From Antedon mediterranea (Eukaryota; Animalia; Echinodermata): a stretch of DNA of 64,000 nt. The DNA is taken from NCBI RefSeq assembly GCF_964355755.1, contig NC_092672.1, forward strand, positions 2,542,001 to 2,606,000. The letters are read 5' to 3'. Position numbers and translations under genes: made by a program. The notes beneath the pieces were generated by a model. The model ran no database searches. It was not told the origin of the DNA and saw nothing but the letters and a program-made list of their open reading frames with translations. Below, piece by piece: positions 27,536 through 39,945 of the stretch (positions within the stretch are counted from its first letter, which is position 1; each line of letters opens with the position of its first letter).

Positions 27536-27946
27536 TGATCTGATCATAACTGGGCCAAATGGGAGACCTGGCTTAGAGCAACTACGCCTATTTCTTTACA
27601 ACTACAACACAAATTTTGTCGAAACTGCCTGCTTATTACGAAAGTTATGGGTCCTTTATGACTTGGGAAATAAGCATAAAACGCATGAAAAATATAAAAT
27701 ACCACGTACCATTTTATTATAATAAATAAAATAAAAGTAATTCCCATATATTTTAAAACTGATGAGGTTGCAGGCTTTTGTAATGATCTGAAAAAAGACA
27801 TAATTATAAACAAATAAGACAAAAATAGGAGTGTGACAGGTGAAGTTGGTCGTCGTGGACAATTTGACGAAAATTATGATTATGAATAATTAATGATTTT
27901 GATAATAATTAAGTATGATGACTAAGATAATAATTTATAACAATAC

Positions 27947-30900
27947 TTACATATCTAATTCATTCATAAACCATTCTTTATTGTTTTTATCATAAACTGG
28001 AATATTATTTATATTGTTCTTAATTTCCGACATTCTCTCGTTGCGAAGTTTTCTGAACACCTGGCCGTCTTCTGCATCCATTGCTTTATTCTCATCACTA
28101 CCAACTTGTTTTGCATAGACTAAATCTGAAGTTGAGTGACTTGAATTTGAAATATGTTTTGTTATTATCGGTGGTTTCATTACTGATGTGTTTTCGTGTT
28201 TTACGGTAGCGCCTAGCCTAGGCGTATCGAATACGTTGGGATGACTCCATTTAGCTTGAAATTCGATATCCTCAATATTTAATTCCATCAATCCTTCCAA
28301 GTTCCAGAGACCTTTGATATTTTCTGGAATTATAAAATAATGATATACCTATATTATATATATACACTGTAATATTTGTTGTCACATAAAGTTTGATAGT
28401 GTAGACAGAGCTTGTTTCAACCATATGGCATAGTTTTCCTGCACAGGTAGGCCTACTAAATTTTAAAACGGCCATCAGCGTGTTATTAAAACTATGTCTT
28501 CACTATCAAACTAGTTTGATGAAAAAACTGTGATGTGCCCAAATGTGGTAGTGATATGACGTCATCATGTCCATATAATGTGCACATCACATTTGTTGTC
28601 ACATAAAGTTTGATAGTGTAAACGGAGCTTAAGAGACCGGCATAGGCCTATATTAACACACCTGATATATTCTGCTTCGACCTCCCAGTGTGTCCTACGA
28701 ACATGGATGATGTGTACGGGAAGGGGTTCTTGACGCCAGTTTGCTGCAAAACCAAACGCCACCATCCTGGCGTGTTAATTGGTGAACAGGCCATTTTCAT
28801 CTTCAGCTTAGATCGGGTATTTTTCTATATATAAAAAAGATTATAATTATGTTTTATATATACGAATCATGTAATACGGTTAAGTGTCATCCGTACATCA
28901 TCGTCATAATTAGGCCTATGAACATCCTCATCATTTATTTTCGTCAGAACAATCACCAGTCAGCAGTCATTATTAAACATGATCGTCCGATATCTATGAA
29001 AATACATATTGTTTCCTCCCTCAGTTAACCATGTTGTTGGCAACAGGCTGACGGCGTCTACATATGATGGTCAGAAATCTATTTTGTATTCATCTGGGTC
29101 AAAAGTGATCTTTAATTGAGATTTCAGTGGTCCTTTTTATATTTTTCATAGATAGTTTATTTGTGTGATGTTAGTTAATTAGTTAGTTTCAGATTTATTT
29201 CACACATAAATATAACACAATACATACATTTTTCTTTTTTAAAATATAAATGATAACAAAATGTGTGTGGAGATTGCATTAAGCCAATTTGGCTTTAGGT
29301 CTGAACCTCCAAATGAAACAAATATATACATGTAAAAATAGTAATGACTGAAATAAGCAAGAAAAAATACAATGTATGCACTTCGTTCTTAGTGCAAAAA
29401 GAGGGGAAAAAAAAAACAAAACAAAACTAAAGTGCATAAGTATTTATACCCTAAATAGTTTATCCTATTTAATAAATGTGATCTGTGAGTGCCACTCACA
29501 TGACTCGGTACCACCAGGTGATATCAACATAGCCTTGATCTTGTTACTTTTACCTTAAATAGTTTATCGTATGTACTAAGAGTGATCTGTGAGTGCCATT
29601 CACAGGACTCGGTACCACCAGGTGATATCAACATAGCCTTGAATTTCAGTTCATCTTTTGTAAATTTTGCATAATTATATCTCGAGGAATTTTTTGCTTG
29701 AATGAAGTCATAAATAGGTGATGTTGGATCTGGCAGATCTGGAAGATAATAGAAGAAACACTTTGATAGGCCTATAGAAAATGGAATGTAGGCAGACGAC
29801 TATGTGTATAATACAACGCTTAGTAGATATACATTTTATCTTGATTCAGCTAGGTCTATATTTGCATTAAAGCCCAAGTGGACCAGTGGTGTAATGGCTA
29901 TGGGATAAACCAAGGGGCCCCGGAGCTTATGTGAGCCCATGAGCAGTGCCCAGATGAAAAAACATGCATATGTCGAAAAGGCTAAAAACGCCAGGCCCCC
30001 AGTGCTGGAGGGCCACGTGGGGTTCTTAAACCAGGGGCCCTAGGCCTCTGCGTTACGCCACTGAAGTTAGGTTTGCGGTAATAGTACTATGCGTTTCCAA
30101 AGGGAAATGAAATATGATTGAGAATGACGTTAATGTTCTGTTGTAATGCTACACCTAGTGTGGGTTCCAGATGGAGTTTTGTCTTAATATTAGTAAAAAG
30201 ATTATTTTGGCACAAATGGCGTTTCATACGTATACTACTATTTTCAAAGAAAAATCGAAATAAAATCAAACAAATAAAAAAAGACAACGAATACAGACTT
30301 GGGGCAAGTCTATTCTACACCCATCTTCTGGAGAAAACACTTCGTTTTTAAAGGTACATTGATCCAGCTATAGACCTACCTTTACATTTATGCTTTTTGC
30401 CATCAATATTCCTGTTATCCCCACGGCTAAAATAGATTGTATATGCTATTGGTCTATCTGAATCAGGTTCGTGAGGAACGAAATTATCTTTCCTAAAATA
30501 AAATTTAAAAAACCCACATGTTAGTACATTGATGATAACGTCATACTTATTATTATAGTCAGCGTAATTGTGAATTACTTAAACGTAGATAATAAGAAGC
30601 TATACTTTTATGACGTCATATGGAGGTAGAATTCGTATACGTTTGGTACTTTTTGTTAAGTCGTTTAAAACAATTTAATTGATTATTTCAAATGGTGGTA
30701 GAACCACAGTCGTCACAAAAAGTTAGTTCCAAGTTAGCTGGACGCGAACTTGGAAAAATTACGTAATTAAATTTATTTGCATAAGTCGTAAATCGTCGGA
30801 AAATCGAAAGCTCTCAATATTCTTATTTTAAGATTGACAGTAATAACACACTTACATGAAAGAAACCGATAGCGCCTTAATGTGCCCATGCACAAAACAG

Positions 30901-33900
30901 TTGAAGTTGTCGATTGGTTTCTAAAGACAAATAGAAATAAACGGTAATATTTTCAAAAACTTAACATTATTAGGATATTATCATGTTTGTGTGAAATGGC
31001 GATTGGTGAATGATGCGAGTAAACAAACAACAAATGATAAATGTATATATTACCATCATGTTTGTGTGAAATGGCGATTGGTGAATGATGCGAGTAAACA
31101 AACAACAAATGATAAATGTATATATTACCATCATGTTTGTGTGAAATGGCGATTGGTGAATGATGCGAGTAAACAAACAACAAATGATAAATGTATATCT
31201 TACCATTGATGTACGCATAAACAGTTTTCTATGTGTAATTAAATCAACCTGAAAAAAAAAAACAATTATAAGAAATAAAACGTTTTAAAATATTTTTAAT
31301 AGGCTGATTAAAGTATGTCCGATCAGGGATGAGTGAAATTGAAGAGGTTTAGTTGGTTGCACACAATCATTCAGATGTTGGTGATTTTATGTAAAATTAA
31401 AAAAGAAAAAAAAAATTGATTCCAAATCTGCGGATGTCACATGACATTACACAGCAGGTATTGCACGAGAATACGTACGCATATCACACGCTTTTCGCAC
31501 GAATATTTCACATAAGGTAATTGTAAATAATATATAACAATACAAGAGAAACAAAGAAGACTTACTACTGAAAAGTCGATCCAGTATTTATATCTAAACT
31601 GTAAGGTGTTCCTTGTTAAATAGATTGGCTTACAGCATGGGTTGTCGGCAGTGAGCGTGCGCAGTATTCGCACTTTTACTATGTCTTTGACGTCATACCT
31701 GTCCCTCCAACTCTTCCCAAACTTTTGGTAAAGTGCTTCTTCCACTAGTTGTCTGAAACGATAGGTATATTATAATATATTATAATGCACTGTTTTCAAA
31801 ATATTATGCAAAAAAGGCTTGAAACTATACTACTAATGTTGTCGCTATTGGTGTTATTTAAATACGTGGGCATTATCGAATAGATATAACTATCTGTTTA
31901 CTAATGGAATATTGTACAGAATTATTATTAATATCCCTAATAGGAAATGTATATCAAGCAGTGACGTCACAATTTGCCGAGTATATTATGTAAATCAGTA
32001 ATCTGTCTAGTTCTGGTTGTAAGAGGGCGATAGGTGTATAATTCTATTTTATTTTATTAGATCTACCATGTTTAGCTCTGTCTACATTATCAAACTAGTT
32101 AGAAAAATGTCAGAAAATGTGTGATGTGCCTAATATGGTAGTGATATGCCCAAATATGGTAGTGATATGACATCATGATCATATATGGGCACATCACATT
32201 TTTTTGTCACATCACGTTCGATAGTGTAGACAAGGATTTAATCAATATCAAATTAGTTACCGAATAAACACTTGGTCTACCGTTCCTCTTCCTTCTATAA
32301 AGTGGTACATATCTGAATTCGTTATTATTTTAATGGCTGCTTGTCTCGTTGGATGTTTTGCGTCGTATGGGTGTTTACGCCCAAAATTATACTTTTGTGT
32401 ACTTCCTTTAAACGTTTTTATGTCGTGCTCTTCGAAATAGTTTGGGCTCTGCAAATTAAAACAATCAAACAGTGTGCTCATACATTCATATATCCATAAA
32501 TAAAAGGTTGTACACTTGACAATAATGTAGACTAAAATGTCACAAATTCAGTAAATTACCTGGCCACAGTAATCTATATCAAATGAATGTTTGCAGAGAC
32601 CCCGGATGTCGTATCTTGACGATGGAAAGTGATACAATCGAGAATGATCATAAATATATGTATATCTGAAAAAGAATATAAAAAAATATTTTAAGAAAAA
32701 AAAATCATAAAAAAATATAAATCCCAATTGATAATCAAATGCATTTACGTCGTAATTCTCTCTCGTAAGAACGAAATGTCCACTCGTTGGTTTTCAATCT
32801 AATAATTGTTCTCGTGTGAATCAACCTTTACTTACTTGAAATCTGAATTGAACAGCATCGACTGTATATAAGATTCGTCTGGAACTATGCAAGTTTGCTG
32901 AAAAAACTGAATTTGGTTCAAACGTCTGGATCGAAAATCCTGGTTTATGATCGTTGTAGCAAATCCCCTATAAATAAAGCGATCTTAAAAGCTCTGTCTA
33001 CACTATCAAACTTGACCAAAAAAATGTGATGTGCCCAAATAGTGTAGTGAAATCATCGTGTCCATATTATATGAGCTATAACATTTTCTTGTTACATAAA
33101 GATAGTGTAGGCAGAGCTTTAATAACTAAAATGTTGGAATAATAGATTATATGGGCAAACAAAATATAAATTTCAAGGTGGTGATTTGTAAAGTATGACA
33201 ATACCGTAATGAAGAACAATCAACACAAAGTGTCCGCGCGCGTGAAAAAGCTGCACCTTTATTTTATCAATGTTTGAACGAGCGCGTATAAATCTTTTCT
33301 GTGAAAAGTCTTACCTATGCAAGATAAACCATTGGGATGCGCTCAGCTGGGTACTCCAAGGAGGTGGTGGACCACGTGATGTAACGTTATACACGTGATT
33401 TCCGCACGCGTGCCAAACGGACACATCTTTCGCAGACGATCGACGATCTTTCCAGGTTTCTCTTACACCAACAAAATTCCTAGCTTTCTCAAGAAGAAAC
33501 AAAAAAAGAATGTAGGCGCACCTATTTCTATATTTTGAATGCGCATTGAACACACATTTTGTGTAGAAGTGCGCATTACAAACCATAATTTTTATTATAG
33601 CATTTAAAATGATTGATCAGATACCTACCGTACAAATAGCGTAATTGGTATAGTAGTTTAGAGTTGTTGTTTTATAGGCCCATACCGTAACGTCTGTTTT
33701 GGCGTCACAAAAGTTACGGAAGTAGATGGCTTCTTATACTTCAGTATATTTAGTTTACTATTAGTTTGATTAATTAACAAACATAATGAAAAGCTTACTT
33801 CGATATGCGGCGTAAGTTGCCGCCATGTCGTCAACATCAGTAAACGGCAAATCAGCACCACTGAGGTTAATTACGAAATCCCAAGCACCCATTCTAGCCA

Positions 33901-36900
33901 GCTCCTCAATGCCCTGAAATGTTGCATTCACACTGAATTGATATAATTGTCTTTGTTTCTACTAATCGTCTGTGTTTTCCCCTGTCTATGAACCCTTGGT
34001 CTATATTTTTTAAGGGTTTCTTCTGGTGGAACCGGTGTGAAAGCTCTTTATTTGGTCTCTCCAGACACAACTTCATAATGTTTATCATACTCAAGAATAT
34101 TGCTTTGTATGAATAAACATGAACTTGAACTTGTGTCATCATTTCAATAAATCATTACCATACAGACTGGTAGAAACCAAACAAGATCTAAACAATTGTT
34201 TCGTATAAATTGAAGAAGTTCGACAAAAGCTTATACGCATACAGTACTTTTTTTCAAACCTACTGGAATAGTAATGTTATTTGATAACCAGTGCGTTTCA
34301 CGACGTTTACTATTAAGTGCTAGTGCCATGATGTGTTTCTGATTGCGAGTATATAAAACTTTGTCTACACTATAAAACTAGATTGATAAAAAAGTTTGAT
34401 GTGCCCAAATATGGTAGTGATATGCTTAAATATGTGATATGACATCATCATATCCATATATGGCCTCATCACATTTCGTTGTCACATAAAGTTTGATAGT
34501 GTAAACAGAGCTTTAGACCAGATTATTTGAAACAATGTATTTACGTACCTCTAGCTCGGCTCTGAGAATGTAGAACGATCCCCAACTGGCTGTAAAGGAC
34601 CTTTCTTTTGGAAGCACTCGTACGTTTGCATAATGTGGCAATACATTTATTCGTTTTACGAGTTCCTGTTGTAATTTGTAAATAAAAACACACATTTTTT
34701 TTAAACAATATTACCGGAATGTCATTATACAATTCAATTCTTTATTGACTTCTCACCACCGTACGTTACAGTATTGTCATAAAACACATAGAAAACAAAT
34801 AAAACACAGAACGAAAACAAATATATAAATGTATATATATATAGATATTGTTTATATCTCTACCAAGCTACCTTCATTGTTTTCTACTCTTATTCAGTCT
34901 CCACCCACTATTCAACACGCTGTTTCTATTGTTATATTTCTTTTATTCCTGTCCACCCAGGCAGCACTTGCCAACTCATATGCTATGACTTTATCCAAAT
35001 TCCCTCACTTGCACTGATGAAGGGCTAGTGTTGCCCGAAAGCTCTGCTAACTTTTCTGGCTGTTTACTTTATCGTTTTGATTTAGCTTTTCGCTTTTTAT
35101 TTTTGTATCTCCATTGAGATCCAGGCACTGATACCCACAGCATTGTCATTTTTTCAGTAATTTGCCTTTGGATTTATATATATATATATAATATATAATT
35201 TGAAACGATAAAGATGAGGAAATCTGTGAGAATGAGAAAAAGTCGCCCCAACCGAGACTCGAACTCGGACCGCCTGCTTGATATGCAGATGTCCTAACCA
35301 TTAGGCCACTGGGGCTTTCATGGTATTGTTCAAACTCGATTGGATAGCGACTCTTTAACATTCTCATATATATATAAAATTGATATAAATTATCAATAGG
35401 TCTATCATTGCCAATGTCATCGCAGCAACTACTGTATCTTTGTCGTTCAATAACTCATCAAGTTCACACACTCATAATAAAAAGTCAATTATATCTACCC
35501 CAGACCTTGCGTTTACTAATGCAATGCTACTTACATCTCTCACGTTATCTTGCCGAAAATCAACGTGTATCACGTAAAAGAAATATGGTCTATAAATAAC
35601 ATCGATCAATTGCATCTGCAGAAAACATAATCAATTATTATCAATTATCAATTATTACACAAATATCATTATTTTTTTTCCCGAAATTAGTTTCGATGAA
35701 TTAGCCATCACAATAAGCAAAATGAGAGTTGTATTATTTTAGAGACCCCAGATTACTTGTAAAAAAATATTTAAAAATTGGTTTTCAAAATAATGGTTTA
35801 CCAGTAAGGAAAAGATAATGATGGGACCAGATTTAAAAATAGACAATAAGCTAATTATTCTTACCACGCAATCTTCACAAGTGTGAGCAATTATGAGGAA
35901 AGCAAACTTGACAGGTATTAACACAGTGTTAAGACTCCTCCTTGCTGAAACACAAAAGATAAATAAAACAACATTCAATAACAATATGCCTGTAAGTATT
36001 ACTTATTTCAATTCTATTTTAAGGTGATCCACAAACATTGTGATCATTTAAAAAAAAAGAAGTAAAATTTGATACATTTTAAAGAATCACAATAGCAACA
36101 ATTCGCAGCCGTTGTTTAGTAAAAACATAGTATTTTATGAATTGATTAATCAGTATAAACCAGACACCTCCCCCTAACAAATTAAGGGTAGCGTGGGATG
36201 AGGCTCCCATCCTTGTTTATACACTACCTTCAACTATGCTGTTTAAGTCCGGTCGATGCCCATTGGTTGGTAAAGCGTTAAAGTTAAATCGCATCTTTCC
36301 AGGATGAAGTACTGTACCTCTCTAAAAGTGTAAATTATATTTTTTTCTAATTTTGTTTAATAAACCGATGTTGTCACAGGTTATGTAATTCCACTCAAGC
36401 GCACAAATTCAAATTGATAATATGTACGCGCGCGTATATATGTCGTCATCGAAGACCTAATATAAATTCAAGCTCATATAACTGTGTTTTTCTAGTGTAT
36501 TTTTTGTATCAATAGAGGGAAATGTTACCTTTGGTTTCTCAACATACATAGGTGGCACACATCCACCTGTTTTATTAAAATGATATGCACAGTAAACCTG
36601 AAGTAACTCATCACGGCATGATTCCTCTACAGATCTGAACATGAAAAATGATATTTGTTATTTGATTTATGTTATTTGGTTCCTACTGTAGGCCTATACT
36701 ACAATCTAACACGTGTACACACATCAGGCACGTTTGTAGCTGACTCTCGATAGTCAGTTAGATACTGTCTGATGACAGCTGCAGAATTAAGTGTTGTGCA
36801 ACCACTACATCTCTAGGATCATAGAACAAAGTTGGTATATAATACTCTCATGGGTTGCTATTGAGAGGAGCATGCCGATAAACGTTGTAAGCATGTAATT

Positions 36901-37309
36901 AATTAGACTTGCCCCAAGTCTGTATTCGTTGTCTTTTGTTTTATTTATTTGTTTTTTTTTCGATTTTTGTCTGAAAATATCCAAGCTCAAGTAATATACG
37001 TATGAAACGCCATATGTGCCAAAATATTTATCTTTTTACTAATATTAAGACAAAACTCCATCTGGAACCCAGACTAGTAATTAATGGGCAAACGTTACGT
37101 TGTTACCTTTGTAGGATTTGGTGTGGTGACGTAATGGAAATCATTTTATTATTCTGGTTTATTACAAAGATCGTACCTTCCGAGTGTATGCCACAATTCT
37201 GTTGATATCTCTGTGTGAGTTGGAGCTGGACCTTTACACCATCCACCATATCTGTACACACAAAAAAAATGAGCAAAGTAGATACAAACAACCGTCGTAT
37301 GCAATTCAT
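27947..37309 (-). CDS. Xylosyltransferase-like glycosyltransferase (GT14, core-2/I-branching family), ~18 exons; 5' end uncertain
   Basis: Spliced exons give ILQRSVEESCRDELLQVYC, FAFLIIAH, VIYRPYFFYVIHVD, NVRV..R..TASWGSFYIL, WDFVINLSGADLP (33913-33798), SASQWFILHR, TCIVPDESYIQSMLFNS, CKHSFDIDYCGQSPNYF, NFGRK, in the same order as XYLT motifs; last exon ~28325-27947. Confidence 0.8.
29448..29642. repeat. Local ~100-bp duplication of an exon end and donor region
   Basis: GTGATCTGTGAGTGCCA.TCACA.GACTCGGTACCACCAGGTGATATCAACATAGCCTTGA at 29478 and 29582. Confidence 0.85.
30978..31206. repeat. 75-bp tandem repeat x3
   Basis: Unit TCATGTTTGTGTGAAATGGCGATTGGTGAATGATGCGAGTAAAC...; 25-aa periodic ORFs on both strands. 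Confidence 0.95.
35009..35050 (+). ncRNA. Minimal type I hammerhead ribozyme motif (Penelope-type)
   Basis: GCA-CTGATGA-A-GGGC-TAGTGTT-GCCC-GAAA-GCTC-TGC: intact CUGAUGA/GAAA core, stem II GGGC/GCCC, stem I GCA/TGC, short palindromic stem III (AGCT). Confidence 0.7.
35244..35315 (-). tRNA. tRNA-like gene/pseudogene, Asp-like with anticodon ATC
   Basis: 72-nt cloverleaf: acceptor GCCCCAG/TTGGGGC, A box TGGCCTAATGG, anticodon arm TCTGC-ATATCAA-GCAGG, T arm CCGAG-TTCGAGT-CTCGG, followed by TTTTT. Confidence 0.65.
36905..37075. mobile_element. Dispersed repeat family (TAGTCTGGGTTCCAGATGGAG...CAGACTTGGGGCAAGTCTA); copies at ~30157-30312 and ends at ~53969 and ~54887
   Basis: Same end sequences at three loci in both orientations. 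Confidence 0.7.
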
Positions 37310-39787
37310 CGAAGCATGACATAAATTATAATATTTAAAAACAACGTAACACAAAATGATACGCGGCGTCCAAAGAGATCGTACAGCGCGTACAATTATA
37401 CAATGGTCATGCAGCAGCGTGTAAAGGTCGTAAGTGCAGTTAAAACAACATATCACTTGTCTTAATTGGTTAGTATCGATTGATTGTGGAGATTGTATTT
37501 ATCTTTTACTGTAACCAGAAACAATACAGGAGTAAATGAGGTCGTGTTCTAGTAATTTACAGATCAATAAACACATTATACTTTCAGGATTTGTTGACAA
37601 CAAAATGATAACGCATTTTGCAGTGAAATATCAAGTCATTAACTGATTTATTCCATATCCAACAATTATCATTATACGTGTACATCGTACGGCTGAAATA
37701 CAAGATAGTAAGCGTACATTAAAAGAATAACGCGCATTTGGGGACACAATAAAAAATAAAACCATTTCCAATTTCTCACTTGTCCAAGGAAGATGCTTAA
37801 CTTATTAACGTGGTAAGTTAACACGATACCGATGCTAATATATTCTATTATATTAGATCATAAATATACATTTATTCATCCCTTTTTACTCGTTTATATG
37901 CGACTAAAATGTGTCATAATTATAATTGCCCAACTATTTATTTTTGTTCATGATTATCTCTGAATAAGTAGAAGAAGATGTTATGATGTTCTCAGGAAAA
38001 CTATTACTGCTGATAACAGGGATGAAACCAGAGATAATAGTATACCAAGTCCAGGTTATCTTCGTATAATAAATATCTGCTTCGTTGGTCTTTAGAATTA
38101 GTTTTAAGCAAATGCAATTCAACGTTTCTTAAACGTCAGCATTTTGAATAATCATATTCATGAAAAAAATATTGATTCTTCAACCAGCATAATTCACAAC
38201 TTTGTCTGTTTTAAGTCCTCATTACAATGTTGAATAACATGTGTAGTGGACTTAAACTTTATGAGTGTAGTCAAGCGCATCTTAATTTTCCAGACTTTTC
38301 ACTAAAGCTCTGTCTGCACTATCAAACTTTATGTGACACAAATGCGATGTGCCCATATATGGACATGATGATGTCAATATATCACTACCCATATTTGGAC
38401 AGACTTTTTGTCAAACCATTTTGATAGTGTAGACAGAACTTTGGGTCGAATTTGCTTCCCACGTACTTTAAGCTTGATTCCCAATTTTGGACGCAACGCA
38501 AGGACGTAAGCGCACCGCAAAATAAGTTAACCAATCACGATTGTCACTTGTGATTAGTCAACTTATTTGCAATATACACCTACGTTCTCACGCTGCGTTC
38601 AAAAGTAGGAACCAATCATAAAGAAGTAAACGTCGCTCTTGGCTGATATAATCGGAAAATCCCTCCTGCTTTTTTACAGTAAAATCCGTCTTTCTTTTTC
38701 CGGTAAAACTGAACAAAATGGATTAGAAATATGATAGTGACTTTGACAAGTGTAATAGCTTTCTACTGATTGTAGTTTTAATAAAACCTCTATATCATAG
38801 TCCTCGCTAATTGCCCTTGATGCTTAAATCTATTATACATTCGAAATTAATTAATGTTTTTGCTAACAGTCATCAATAATATTCGCTTACAGGAAGAGTG
38901 GTTTTATTTAACCGATTATAAGCCTAATTTACACAATTATAAATAATGCGTTAAAAGGTTCAATTCGGTAGAAAAAGCTCTTTTTCCCAATAAACCGGAT
39001 AGAGACGAACAACAGGACAAGTCGAGACAACTAATGGTCATGTTGTTTTAAATCTATTTCGGGTTAAATCAATTTTCGTCAACTCTCTGATCTTTGCAAC
39101 TATTTTCATATTAAATGTCATATATTATCCTGACGTAGACTTCAAAGTATTACTATTTTAAGGTAAATGTTAGACCTACAGAGGCCGAATCAGAAGAGAG
39201 GGAGTTTTCGTTCGTTCTGGATCATCATGGACGAAACGTCTGCCTTGTTTCTACATTGATTATCTTCTATAGTTGAATTGTCTCTTTAATTTAAAACTAA
39301 GAAAATTGATTTTTCAGGCTTTTCAAAATTCGAAGTTGTTATTACTATTAGTTAAAAGAGAGAATTTAAAATTAACTGTTTTATAAGCATAGGCCTCATA
39401 TATCACTATTATTATTTTATTACTACAACCAAGGCAACCCTTGCTTCCAACCCCCTGATGTCATGTTGTAAAGTTCAATGTGTTACGCCGTAATTGACAA
39501 CAGCTTGCAACTCAATTTGTCATTACATTACAATGACAATATGAATGTCAATTTCACAAGAACATAATACATTATGTTTTAAGCATGTATAGTGGCATCA
39601 TATCTACAACATACACTGTCACTTACAACCTCATTTAATCAATATTTGTTTTGTTTTTGATGTGAAGGATGGATATGTCGTTATAGCCATGTCAATACTA
39701 TAACCATACTACAGTACATAATTATTATAGGCCTAATATACAAATGAAAACTACTCAGGCCACAGTTAAATAAAAGTATAGTTATAT

Positions 39788-39945
39788 AGGGCTAGCTAAG
39801 GGGCTAGCTAAGGGACTAGCTAAGGGGCTAGCTAAGGGGCTAGCTGAGGGGCTAGCTGAGGGGCTAGCTGAGGGGCTAGCTAAGGGGCTAGCTAAGGGGC
39901 TAGCTAAGGGGCTAGCTAAGGGGCTAGCTAAGGGGCTAGCTAAGG
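39788..39945. repeat. 12-bp tandem repeat (GGGGCTAGCTAA) ~13 copies
   Basis: Directly visible; source of the LASP-repeat ORF. Confidence 0.95.

Noticed and set aside
30953-31218. Overlapping repeat ORFs
   Set aside because: Produced by the 75-bp intronic tandem repeat
39185-39247. Possible hammerhead (CAGAAGA...GAAACGTC)
   Set aside because: Core is not CUGANGA and there is no clear stem II
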